Positions 52,015-64,000 of a stretch of DNA of 64,000 bases are shown piece after piece. Under the pieces are notes generated by a model. It was given only the letters and a program-made list of their open reading frames with translations, searched no databases and was not told the DNA's origin. Each line of letters starts with the position of its first letter. Position 1 is the stretch's first letter. A program made the position numbers and the translations under genes. Source of the stretch: Phoronis australis (taxonomy: Eukaryota > Animalia > Phoronida); the NCBI GenBank assembly GCA_002633005.1, contig NMRA01000262.1, positions 260,298 to 324,297 of the forward strand, read 5' to 3'.

Positions 52015-55000
52015 AGGCCTCGCCCAGAGCCCGCCGTATCACCTTGAGCACTGAACGTAACTTACGGTGCGTAGGCGCTACGTTCGAATCCCAAAAGGTG
52101 GTTGGCTGCGCCTGCGTGCGCCTACGCCCCACTACAGCACTGATAGGGAGAGGGGGGTCAGAGCTCTTGCTAATGACAATTTCTCGTAAAATCATGTGTA
52201 CTGCCACTTGTCGTCTCCAAGTGACAATGTTGAGCTGTCTCAAACATGCAATATAAATTCAAGCTTTAAATTTATTATTTTTATAGTACATGAATCTCAG
52301 TACTAACTTTACTACCAAATTTCCAGCGCACAATTATGAATTATGAAAAAATATGCGCTTACAATTACAATACAATACTGGTTTGTTGCGCTTGGCAACT
52401 TCAATACATGTTTTCCATAATGGGGAATTCCCTGACACGTTTCCTATGATTGACAGGTTATCAATAGCATTATTTTGGATATTTTTAGATTTCATGAATC
52501 AGAATAGTTGTGCATGCGTAATTATTTACACAACACCTATTCAAAGATGTGCTTCAGAGCTTCAAGCTTTAAGGTAGCGTCATCTTTGAAAACCACCGTT
52601 TTTATTTATATCATTGATTCAAACCCTGTTGTTTTTAATTCAAAGCCGCATTTCACCTTGTTTAGAGGGCAAAAAACAATAATTGAATCAGTCCTTTCCA
52701 CACTTAATACTCCTTACCGCTGCAGGACTCTACTCCTTTCCACACTTAAATTGTCAATCATATAACACAACTTTCACTACTCTCGTTTAAAACGCTGAAC
52801 ATCAATTGGGGTTGACTCAGTCGTATGTGCACTAAGTGCTTGTTGTCCACCTGGGCCTGGCACCTAATCCATCCTTTTACTCGAAATCAAACTCCAAAAT
52901 GCAATTCTCATTTACCCTTCTCCTTAATAAGAACTCGAGAAAATTATTTATTATTTTGTACTTGAGTACATTATGAATTACGCAAATCTCCAGCTTTCAG
53001 TTATTATCAGTCGTTTACTACGAAGTCCTTCCACCAATTGCACACTCTTTCGTTCCATTTGTAACACATGTTATCAGGGCTGTTTGCAGACAGCGTTGCT
53101 ACTTAAAATATTGGTGTGATAACTTTTGAAAGAAGCGTCATTTTTTATAGTGTTGGTGATTGCGATGCTTAATAGCTGGCACTGAAAATTACCAGTGTGT
53201 ATGTTGTCATGACAACAGCTTGTACGATGACATTAGACGAGAAAGAGGAAAGCTAATAAACCAAGAATGCATTGAAAAACTAGAGCTTAGTGAAAATATT
53301 GACTTTTTATGAGCTGAGCAATCATGAAATCCAAATGTTTTCTTTTATTGTTTACCTATTGTGCATCCAGGTAGCCGGCTTTACAAAGAGACCAGCGGTT
53401 GCTAATGTCTGTAGCCAGCCATGGTGTAGTCATATAGGAAGTGCCTGCATATACATTAAAGACGGGGTTTACATTTTACTTTTGCTGTGTTCATCTATTG
53501 ACAATTAATACTGCAAATCAAATATCTCCCAATAATCATGTGTAACGTTCCCATTTGACTAAACCTTTAGATCGGTAAACGTTTTGTACATGGTATTGAT
53601 TACTGAACTGTGACGTCCGCGTTGAGTTTGAGGCATGACGTGTGGTGTTGCAGCGTCCAGAGAGCAATCAACTGTGCCTCACGTATGTATAAGAGTTGAG
53701 GAGAGGTTGGACTTAAGTCAATATTTTGTTTGGCTCCTATTTGACCACAGACTGTGAAGGTGTGTATGGCAGTGTGGTTGTTAAGGTTCACAGAAAAACA
53801 CCAATTGTATGGTTTGTCTGCTAATTAGATTTTTGCAGTCCGATGCTGTTATTTCTATGGTTTTCTTGTTTGTAAGTGTTGTGTCGTTGTGTGTTCAGTT
53901 GCTCTAATTCGTTTTTGATTTGTTATCAATTGTAGCTGTGGAGAATATGACAAATGACATACAAACTACTACGATGACCTGAACCTATTTCCATATTTCA
54001 GTAGATTTTGACTAAATGAGTTTAGAGGCCATGCCTAGCTCTTTTTCTGCCATTAACGCACCTTTCCATGACTTTCCCATTCACTGTCAAACGTGCCAAT
54101 TGGTAGTCTGTGTACTTGATCCAGTCAAGTCTAAATTTCATTAGAGAAAATCACTATTAAATGACATCATCGAAGGACAGTTTTACCAAATCTCAAATGA
54201 AAATCGGATTTTTGAAGACATTTTTCTTGATGAGTTTTGGTTGCTGGTCTGTCATACACTCATATTTAATTCATTCAAATTTTAAATGATTCTGAATTGG
54301 GATTTCAGCTTGAAATGTCAGACGAGGTATGCACCGAGGCTGGATAAGTATTTATCTCAAACCATCACTGACTGTTTTGTTTTTACCTGAAATCTTGAGT
54401 ATTCTACCTGAAAATGTTTGTCGTAGCATGTGATGTTATGTTTTAAAGTAGAGGACAACATATGCGTATGTTGCCCTTAACGTTTCACTAACTAATAACA
54501 ATTTTACAGCATTTCCGTCATTGCACCACATTTTCTAAGTTTCCTCTAAAATTGAATTAGCTCTTGGAAATGTTGGCAGTGAAAGAATTAAAGAATAGCG
54601 ATCAAGTCTTAACAATGTCATTTTAGTTAGAATTAAAATAGTTTAACAACTGGCTTTTTATTTTTACCAGTGTACTGAACATTAACTTTTCAGGCAATCC
54701 AATACATAAAGTGTTTCCTGCTTTACCAACACAAATAATTCTTCAGCTTTTGTATCACCAGTCTGAAACATTTGCTTTCTAGAATTATAATTGATTAGCT
54801 ATAGCCTTACTCTCCCCAGATTTAAATTTGGATTATTTATAACAATCTTTATTTTGTTACTTTTACTTTATATTTTTAATGACTTTTGGTACTTAAGTTT
54901 CACAGAGCAATCTTGCTAGGAAGGAATGGTCATATCTTGTGCTTTGTTTTGCACTTATTGCTGTTTAGTACGCTTCAATAATCTCTTGTATTCTTCCATC

Positions 55001-55016
55001 ACGTTGCTTCTCAATC

Positions 55017-55387
55017 CAAGGTACCTACAGTCAACGGACTCATAAACACAGAAACGGACGCATGAAAACGACTCACGGACCTGCAAACACCGTCCACTGA
55101 CTCACAAACACGGTTAACGGACCGCCAAACACGGGTCACGTACTCATCGGCTTCCTGGGTCAGCTGACGTCTCCATTTTGTCCGTAAACCGTGTTTGGCG
55201 GTCCGTTAACCGTGTTTCCTCGGGTATATGAGTCCGTGTCCCGTGTATTCGGGTGCGTAGATCGTGTTTTATGAGTCCGTTCCCGTGTTTGTGAGTCAGT
55301 GGACAGTGTTTGCAGGTCCGTGAGTCGTGTTCATGCGTCCGTGGGCCGTGTTTATGAGTCCGTTAACCGTGTAGTTTAGGTACCTTG
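55017..55387. mobile_element. Foldback/MITE with long TIRs built from AAACACGG / ACGGAC subrepeats
   Basis: CAAGGTACCTA...TAGGTACCTTG ends; arms complementary over more than 100 bp. Confidence 0.8.
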
Positions 55388-56549
55388 CAGTAGATGTTGC
55401 CCTGTGCCGATGTTCCCGTACTCTGTATTCCCCACTACTGTTGTTCTCTTGCCCTGGATCCGTTCATTTACATTGCCTGCTTAATAATTTCACAGTTAAA
55501 TCAACTTTCCAGATAGTCCCAATCATTTTTCAGCGACGAGAACTCTAATTATCAACTCAAACACAGGCTCGTAAATAATAGACTAAGTATGGTAGTCTTC
55601 CCCGCCATATGACGTAACCGTGAGAACGCTGAGCATAGAATAAAATAAAAGGACGAAGACAGTTTTATTCCATACGCGTTGAATAAGCCGAGTGCAATAA
55701 GGCCATGCGATATTGTTTTCCGTATCGCACTCCCAGTTTTCTTCAATGGTGCCCTATGACATGAAAAGTTCAAAAGGTAGGTCAATGTCGACTCGACGTC
55801 GTTAGCCGATTCGATCATCAAACTTTCCCAAAAATAGTAAAGTAATAGAATTTCAGCAGTACAAATAACACTCAGCATGCAACCAGGCCAAAACATAACT
55901 GGTGGAACTGGTGTGCTTGGGGTGATGCTGAAAACAAGTTGTAGCAACTGAATTCGCGTGCTACCGTGCTCGAACGAGCCCCCCCCATTTGGCGAAGTGG
56001 GCAAAAAGGTCTACCTCAGAGAAACAAAAAGTCCGAAAAAAGTAAGGAAACGAGACAAAAGTCCACGAAAAAGGCAGGAATTCGGCGAATGCACAATTCA
56101 TAGCTCTGAACTTACCCCGTTTTTTTAGTAAAAGGTCCACAATCTCAAACATTCGAGCCCCCTATTTTTAGACTGGGTGCGCGCATGCTCTGTGACATTG
56201 TGTTAACGAACACAGCAAGTTGGGAAAACGATAAATGCTCTGCCAAACTCATTAATTTGGTCGCTGATTTGTACGTCTCGCTGTTTCAATCTCATGCTCA
56301 CGGCGCGCTTTAATCACCTACACGATTTCTATTGTCCATTTCGTACTTGGTTCCTTGATATCAGTCCCAGGGCGCGTGATGAGTATCACAATGAACTGAT
56401 GACCCACTTAACTGCTGAACCTGCCTTTGACCTGGTTTAACTAGAGGCATATTCACAAAATTAAAACGTTTTAGCGATGATTAAGTTAATTAGGCACTCT
56501 AAATTCACTTGACATTACGACTGGAAGTTGAATTAATGAACATGGTTAA

Positions 56550-57165
56550 GGTATGTATAGGTTATATTGACAAAAAAAAAAAATTCACCGAGTAATTAAG
56601 CGATAACCGTCACATTTTGAGACTCGCGACGTTTTTCGCTTTTTCTCGGCTTCGGCAAATCGACTTTATTTCAACTTAGTAACACGAGTTCTCAAAAACT
56701 GTTCGGTGAATTTCATTGAAACTTTCCAAATTTAATATTTATTCACCAATCCCAAAAACCTACTAGGACTTTCCTTTCAAACGCATAGTTTTGACGTACC
56801 GTAAAATAAACAAACACGACTGCTATATTTACAAAAACAGCTTACGTTTTGCTAGTTAATTAGCATAGAAACAAAAGTGAGTAAACGGAAATTCCTAACA
56901 GCGTTTTTGAGGTAAGTTGTAAAGTTTTCGTTTAAAATGGGTTTCATTAAAATCAGGTAATTTTGCTACGAATGTTATTTTCATAAAAATGAAATTTACT
57001 TGAAAAAGTGGTTACATTATAATAGTAATGTCATATAAATATAAAATATGTTTTATAATCTCAGATCTTTTTCCTTTCATAAAATATGTATTTTTACTTG
57101 TTGACATTGCTTGTTTTTGATATATGAGTTAAAATGAAGGTCAATAAATAAGGTTTGAGATAACC
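56550..57165. mobile_element. Possible TTAA-flanked (Kolobok-type) MITE
   Basis: TTAA|GGT ... ACC|TTAA ends, AT-rich interior; the TIR match is short. Confidence 0.3.
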
Positions 57166-59947
57166 TTAAATGACAAGATTCTAGGCTATGTTCAATTTCT
57201 TCTTTACTTACATTAGAAGCGCGATTTCTGGGCCTGCAAAAACTGATAGTATGAGATGATGCTTGGTATTAAAACGAGCCGCTTTGACAAGCCAACGTGT
57301 TGATTGTAGTCATAAGCACTAGCAAAAATTCCGTTCATTTCAAGACCAGAAATTACCTCTAATTTGACTAAGGAATATGTTGAGACCAGTTTCCTGACCA
57401 TCAGTGATCGAAATCAGAAGTTAGTATCCTGTGAAATAAGGATTGGACATACAGCTTTAGAGTACATCGAGTCTGCAGAATACATGTGGTGCATGACACT
57501 ACTTTAAGTTAGTCAAAGTCCAGAATTTCAATAGATTTTGATTGAATCAAATACAGAAAGCAGGTTTCAATAATCATCTTGATCAATCACCTGTACCTCA
57601 TTTAGGTTGAAAACCTGACTGATACTCTAAGCTGATTTAAATAAACTTATAGGCACCTCACACATCTTGTACTGTCAATCTCTCTCTCTTACAGTCGCTG
57701 GTATACTACCCAAGATAGCGCAAATCAATAAAATAAGATGTAACCCATGGCAACGAGTTCCTTTTCTAATGTGTTTAATGACCAAACGCGAAGGTGGTTT
57801 GTGGGAATCTGCATTAAACCATGAACTTCTGGATGGCTAAGACCGTTGTAGAGAATCTCCGCTGACAGTCTGTGACATGTCGAGCCCAACAAGGCAGATG
57901 ATGAATTCACGCCGACTACCCCCTCTACCAGGCTTTAAAGGGGGTAGTAGCCCCTTGCCTTCTGTTCACATCAGCGCCATGAGGGAGTTGTCTCCAAAAC
58001 CAAGTCTAATGGACCATAGCTTATCAAGTACGTATTGTCAGTTGTAATACGGAGTTCAAAATATTGTTTGATGTGCAGATTTATTGCACACACGCATGAA
58101 TAGACAATATTTACGGCTACACATGTCAATTCGAAATGATGGCATGTTTACCATAGTTCTTGCAGCATGCTGTATTGATTTGCTATTAAGCTTGGAGAAA
58201 AATTAGATCACTTAGAGCAGGCATGCTGCAGTTTTTACGTGCACGAGGGTACTTGAGTAGCAGTGCACCGTCATATTGCAATAGGTAGCTATCAAAATGA
58301 AATTTTGGCCATTCTCAATAACAGATGCATTTGAACCTTCATGTTTTTTATAACAACTTTCCAAATATCGTATTGGAGTACTTGATCAACAAATTTTCTT
58401 TAAGAGGTCCCATCTGTACAACGTGGAACTGTGCGTTTAACATAACATTATGTGTTGACAGTATCCTCTTTTTATTGCAAGCACTTTGCTCTCTTCAAGA
58501 TACCACAACAATCTGTATAATATTGTTGAATTAGATGAAAGACATATAGATATAGATATCTATCTGCTACCGAACTATCTATCCATCAAATTTTGACTTA
58601 GGCTACTCACAGTTGTGAAATTGGTCTCAAATTGTTCCGTGTGATTTCCGTAACCTGAAATACATGACCTTGGTGATAACTGTGACTAAGGATCCAGACA
58701 AGACTCATTTTATAATGGCAAGTGGCCTAAATCAAAAGCTAATTTTTGACGAAATGCACTGGTTAAATGCTGCTTATTTGTATAAGATATTATTCGCTGA
58801 ACTGTATCTAATATATTTGCAGATTGGTTTAATAAATTTATTCTTTCTACGTATCTTTCTCCCCATACCTCACCCCTCCTGCCCCTCCATCCCCTCCATC
58901 TTTCCCTCCCCTCCACCTTTCCCTCCCCTCCATCATGTCGATATCTTGGCAAGACTCTTGATACATTAATGAAATCCCATTGTTTAATTAAAAACAAAAT
59001 ATGGTCATGTTTTTCTTCTGTTGAAACAATTGTCTTTGTTTTCAATAACGGCATCTTCCTTCCTCTTTTTTATGAAGCAATATCTGTTCTGTACTAAAAT
59101 GCTTTTAATCTCCCCGACACGTGTTTGCATACAAAACACAATATACAATAAAGTGCCGCCAAGTTAGGAAATATTATGGTTGACAAGCGAAGTTTTGTTG
59201 CCTCATATGCTCACGAAAATGAAGTAGCGCTACCCAAAAACTTTGATATTTTAAAATTCTATTCAATGTGTTGAGAAACTGGGCACTCATAACAACGTCA
59301 GAAGACTTTGAAAATGAAAAAAATGACAACTTTTGTCAGAAATTGGTGAGGTTTTGTTGCATTTCCATTCGAGTAATCATGTAACGGGCGGACGTTCTCA
59401 TTGACAGCCGTGTTCAGATTAATAGGAAGAAATGTATTTGGGAGAGTTTCCTATCTGACTGGATATTAGTTAGAGCGGATTCAGTGGGATAAGTCAGTCA
59501 TGAATGGCAATGGCAAGAATAATTCTTCATTTCCATGCGTAGAGTTCCGGGTCCGCCAAAACACATGTCACGTTTTGCTCTATATAACAGGACACTAGAC
59601 CCTGTTTTAAATGACTTAATATTAGCAGATATCAACCACTTTCCCATCCAGCAAATAAAATCCTGCACAATATCCTTCGTTAACGGTTGGATCAAATTTT
59701 GAAAACTCTTAACAAAGTGGGCGATTGTGACCTACAGTGCACTTCAGGAGAGTTGCAGGACAACTGTAGTGAAGGTTCACCCACCATGAACCATAACACC
59801 CATTCCATGACACAGTGAGCACGTGTTTAAGTTGAACGCGGCTTTATCTCTCAAGTGGAAAACCAATGCTGGATTAGCAGAGGAAAGAACGAGGAGTGGT
59901 TGAAACCACACAAACAGGGTTTAGTATTAGTTTAATATAGCCCTTAC

Positions 59948-60087
59948 ATATAGGCGGCGCACCATGGGGGGGGGGGCTATAGCCCCCATTTTGTTCAGTG
60001 CTGCGGCGCCCATGATCTATAGGCGGTGCACCTAAGGGGGGCTGGGGGGGCTATAGCCCCCACTTTTTCAGTGCTGCGCCGCCCATG
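59948..60087. mobile_element. Two tandem ~70-bp mini-MITEs (TAGGCGGCGCA...GGGGCTATAGCCCC...TGCGCCGCCCATG)
   Basis: Short TIRs and a central palindrome, duplicated head to tail. Confidence 0.6.
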
Positions 60088-60300
60088 TTACATGGACGTG
60101 TCTAACAGGTGATACGAGCATCTGTGCAACTGGATACGAATCTCTATCTTAGTTCCTTCTTTAAACCCACTTTCCTATTAATTTATTTCTGTCCTCTACA
60201 GGTGGCCTCTGCAGGTGGTTTTACCAGCCTCTAGCTCCTTCTGATCTTTGTTAATATTTCATGACGTGCACGATTTGTTTTCAGCGGTTCTCAAAGGAAT

Positions 60301-60349
60301 ATGGCCACTATCCTTATTTATCTGTCACTAACACTATTTACTGGTTTTG
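60301..60349 (+). CDS. First coding exon of an unidentified secreted or membrane protein gene (MATILIYLSLTLFTGF-G)
   Basis: ATG in aatATGG context, hydrophobic signal-peptide-like run, phase-1 gtacta donor, upstream acceptor ttctgtcctctacag ending at 60201. Confidence 0.55.
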
Positions 60350-61190
60350 GTACTAATTGTTTTACCTTTATAATCTCAAAGCTCTTGCTTGTCTGTAATT
60401 TTGTCACTGGGGGATTTTTTCATTCAGGTTGGAACATCGGTTTAAGAAAAGACGTTTTTGTCTAGTGTGTCTGCTTTTAGTTGGGGGTATAAAACGTTCC
60501 CGAGCCCTCCATGGTCAATCTGTACATGCAAAAGGAGTTGTTTATACTCGAACCTGGGTTTTATTCTAAACAGTTTCTATTTCAAAACTTCTCATGTTGG
60601 TTGGGCGTATTTGGCTTTTGCAGACTAGTTGTGGCTTTTCGGTAAAATTTAAGCGCTACTCCTTTTTCACAGACGTAGCCTCCACAGCCACTGTAAGCTA
60701 GCTGCAGTGCCGCTTCTGGCCCAATTTGCAGAATTTTAACATTTATCACGAGTGAGGACTGACTACAATCAATCTGTTGTTTCACTATTTCCACCACCTT
60801 TATGTAACACTTCTTGTTACCATTATCCACATCCCAAAGCAAAATAGTCTATGGTAAAAATTCACCAATGTTGGACGAAAATTGATCGTTTTCAGGTTTT
60901 TAACTTTGAAGTGAATGGTCCCAATTTCTCAAAGTCTTAGCTGTTTGATGATAGCTATGTATAAAACTATAAAATTTTTCGTTGGTACTACGAATCTTTT
61001 ATAAAACGAATGTCAAAGTAATTCTGCTTGTCCGCCATTTTGGATCCTAAATTGGTAAGATTTTACTGCACCTAATTTTCAATATGGCGTTGAACTCTTT
61101 TTGAACTTGCCACCCTTTGAATGAAGATGAAAAACATGAACCCATTTTAATCAATTTAATGGACTAAATGTTTTTTCTCTCTTCATTTAG

Positions 61191-61238
61191 GTCAGTCACT
61201 GCTTGATTATAATCATCACAATGACTTGACTCCAACAG
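61191..61238 (+). CDS. Second coding exon of the same gene (GQSLLDYNHHNDLTPT)
   Basis: Long pyrimidine tract plus tttag acceptor, cag|gtaagt donor, 48 nt, phase 1-1, in frame with 60301-60349. Confidence 0.65.
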
Positions 61239-61360
61239 GTAAGTACTGCTACTTTACTTTATAACAATATTCACCTGTAAAAGGTGTGACTGGTGATAGC
61301 TTTATAAACAACAGGCCATTATTGATTCATCGAAACAAAGTAATGAGAATGTATATTAGG

Positions 61361-61396
<36 letters not shown>

Positions 61397-63199
61397 AACA
61401 ATAACAATAACTAGTACTAGTACTAGTACTAGTACTATTGTTTATTACTGCTATTTCAGCCATTCCAGGAGATAATCAAAAGAAATAAAAAAATCACTCT
61501 AGGGGTCATCTTTCAGATTCAGCTTAAACTTTGTGCATGTGATCCTGGTGTAACTTTGACACAAAAATCACGAATTTTGCACTCATTGACCTTATAGTTT
61601 TACTTATAGGCCAGCAAAAATGCAGAAGAAAATGACGCTTTTGCATACTGAAAACAGCAATTTTCCAATATAAAAACAGTTAGATTGCATGCAACCAGAG
61701 AAAACATATAATGGAATTAGAAAGTGGGAATACCAAATAAAATTGATACTAATAATTTCCTGGATTCACCAGGTGACGGGAGATAAATCCAGAGGCGCTT
61801 GTAGTGTTGAAAGTGGGTGTCACTCAAGTGCTTCTACAAGCCAGTTTGCGGGGCTGAGGACATTGAAAGATATGTTTTTGGATAGATCTTGGATGTGTGA
61901 ACAAATTTGAGAAATCTCTCGAATGGGCTTTTTCATTTTTGTTCTAAAAATGCCCCAATATTTCTATTCTACACTTTTTAAATGAAAGAAACTATAATGC
62001 TGTCTGACACTTCATCCATTCAGCATTCATAACTGACCGTGGTTCAGCTGTTACACAAGCACTGAGTGAGGTGATGGCATATTTGCCTTGAGCCAATGCC
62101 TAAAATGATTGACGATCTTAGGGACAATTTTTAGGCTGACATAAATAATTTATGTGTTTTTAATGAAATATTTCAATTCGTGCGCTATTTCAAGGCGATT
62201 TATCTTTTATTTATAAACAATTCTTTTGAATTAAGACCACATCAAGTGGATGAACCAAAAATTATTTTTTCACTTTGAAGACAAAAGCCAACATCACAGG
62301 AAAGGCATTGATGTCTAAAACACAAAAATGAAAAAATATCAAAATCGCATGGTCCATTCAAAAGTCATCACTATTCATGTGTATAGATCGGGTCTGCCAT
62401 CTTGGATGCCAGTGGCATAGGTTACGAGTTTAAAAGTGCCTTTCACGAATATTCTAACAGTAAAATTTAGTGACGCATATGTTTACCTACCATTCTGTGC
62501 AGTGCAATAATTTGCAACAGAATTTGATAACACAGGTGTAACTTATTGAGTGGTTAAAGTGCCCACGATTCACGTTGGACAACATGGCGGCTTTTCTGAA
62601 CTGAAAAGCATGTTCAACCGGCTTACATTGTCATCAGTGAAGATTTAACTATAATACAGTTGTGGACTCGCTGCTGTCAAAAAGCAGTTTTGTACAAATT
62701 TCTAGTGTTTTTGCAATAATTATTATGAATGTTATATTTATCTCAACGTGGAGTGTCCATTCAATTGACATTGCACTCTGTTAAAAATAGTTGAAATTGA
62801 TTTGAAGTTGTTCTATGTTTGAAAGTCAACTTGTCTTCAACATATGATTATGCGTCACAATAGGACAAATATTTTTCTAAATTTTATGCATAAATTGTAC
62901 TTTTCATTCATGTTTTATAACTACTTCTTTTCTGCTTCAGAATGTGTCATAGCACCAAATTGTGAAAGATATTACTTGATTTACAGAAATAGGTTACATT
63001 TGCTAAAAGTGTCACTCTTGGGGCAGCACAGAATCATTCGAAAACATGCATGTAAATAATATTACTTTTTGGCCATATTAGAAGTATGAAGTGAAAAACA
63101 AAAGTGCCGCTTGAGTGCACCACGTAAACAGCGTTTCAATGTTAATCAAAATTCATCATCAGGTATAATAGTAGACAGAAAACAATGGTAGCAGAATGC

Positions 63200-63435
63200 T
63201 AGATTAATATCAAAACATTGTTTTCAAATATGCATATGTCATTGTTTCCTCTATGGAAAGGTTTTTGCAAAATTTCATGAAAGTTCACCAAAGAAAAGTT
63301 ATAGAAACTGCCACCAGAGGGCCAGCAGTAGTAGAATTATCTAAAAATTGACATCGACTCATTGGATCACCATAGAAAAATATTTGCAAAAATTAGTGAA
63401 GCCCCTTTATGAGGTTTACGAGATACAACTGCATA
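63200..63435 (-). mobile_element. Fragment of family A element in reverse orientation
   Basis: TGCCACCAGAGGGC and GAGATACAACTGC are reverse complements of family A subunit motifs. Confidence 0.45.
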
Positions 63436-64000
63436 CTGCCTGTAGTCAGGCACCGTAAAATACGGTACGCGATGGTATGTCTGTTATTGGTATATGGTGT
63501 CACTGTTGCTTGAAAACAAACAAAAAGCCCATTTTTTGTTTTTTATTTTCTTAGTCGGACAGAAAACTGGTGATTTCCAATAACATTTCACCAGCACCCC
63601 GTAAACTGGCCCCCAGAACACCTCAAATATGGCTAAAAATCAAAAACACAAAATTGGACAAAATTTACCAAATTTTGACACTCCAGTGAAAGTTAATGGA
63701 AACATCTTTAAAAATGCATAGACTGTCTTCTGATTGAGAGGTTCAATGTCTACAACAATATTTAGATTTTTTCTTTTCGTTCTTTATAGCCGCTTTACAA
63801 TAACTTCACTAACTGAACTTTTTAAACAAAAAATGAGCTATTTTGGGCCTAAATATTCATGATGCTCTTAATTATAAAATAATGGCTCAAAAAATTTCAA
63901 ATTATCATTTTGAACATATCTCACCAGGATGTATGAACACACAGTTTTTTCAAGATCTGAGTCGGTGACCGTAGAGTCAACCTTTTGGTGCTCTTGTTAA

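Noticed and set aside
52030-52142. GTTCGAATCCC B-box suggesting a tRNA
   Set aside because: No cloverleaf or A-box; the surrounding sequence looks like a GC-rich MITE end
55552-56004. 150-aa minus-strand ORF
   Set aside because: No recognisable domain, non-ATG start, overlaps MITE-like sequence

Overview
AT-rich animal genomic DNA (probably an invertebrate; species cannot be determined) with one 782-nt N gap at 24228-25009. Most of the window (2246-42614, + strand) is a 5'-truncated focal adhesion kinase gene (FAK/PTK2). I traced 23 GT-AG exons with consistent phases, about 900 codons, covering the FERM F2/F3 lobes, the Y397-type DYAEI site, the full tyrosine kinase domain, the Pro-rich region and the FAT domain. 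The first two coding exons of a second + strand gene with a signal-peptide-like N-terminus lie at 60301-61238. Introns and intergenic DNA are dense in short tandem duplications and transposon relics. These include Helentron/HINE-like elements whose internal repeats each carry a CTCF-consensus motif, TA-flanked TIR elements, a three-level nest (RNase H LINE > THAP-encoding ISL2EU-like element > 9-bp-TSD insert), L2/CR1-like LINE fragments and an inverted repeat with a hammerhead-ribozyme-like core. The most notable observations are the transposon-borne CTCF-like motif arrays and a triplicated, in-frame 3' splice site inside the FERM domain. All calls were made by eye; no searches were run.
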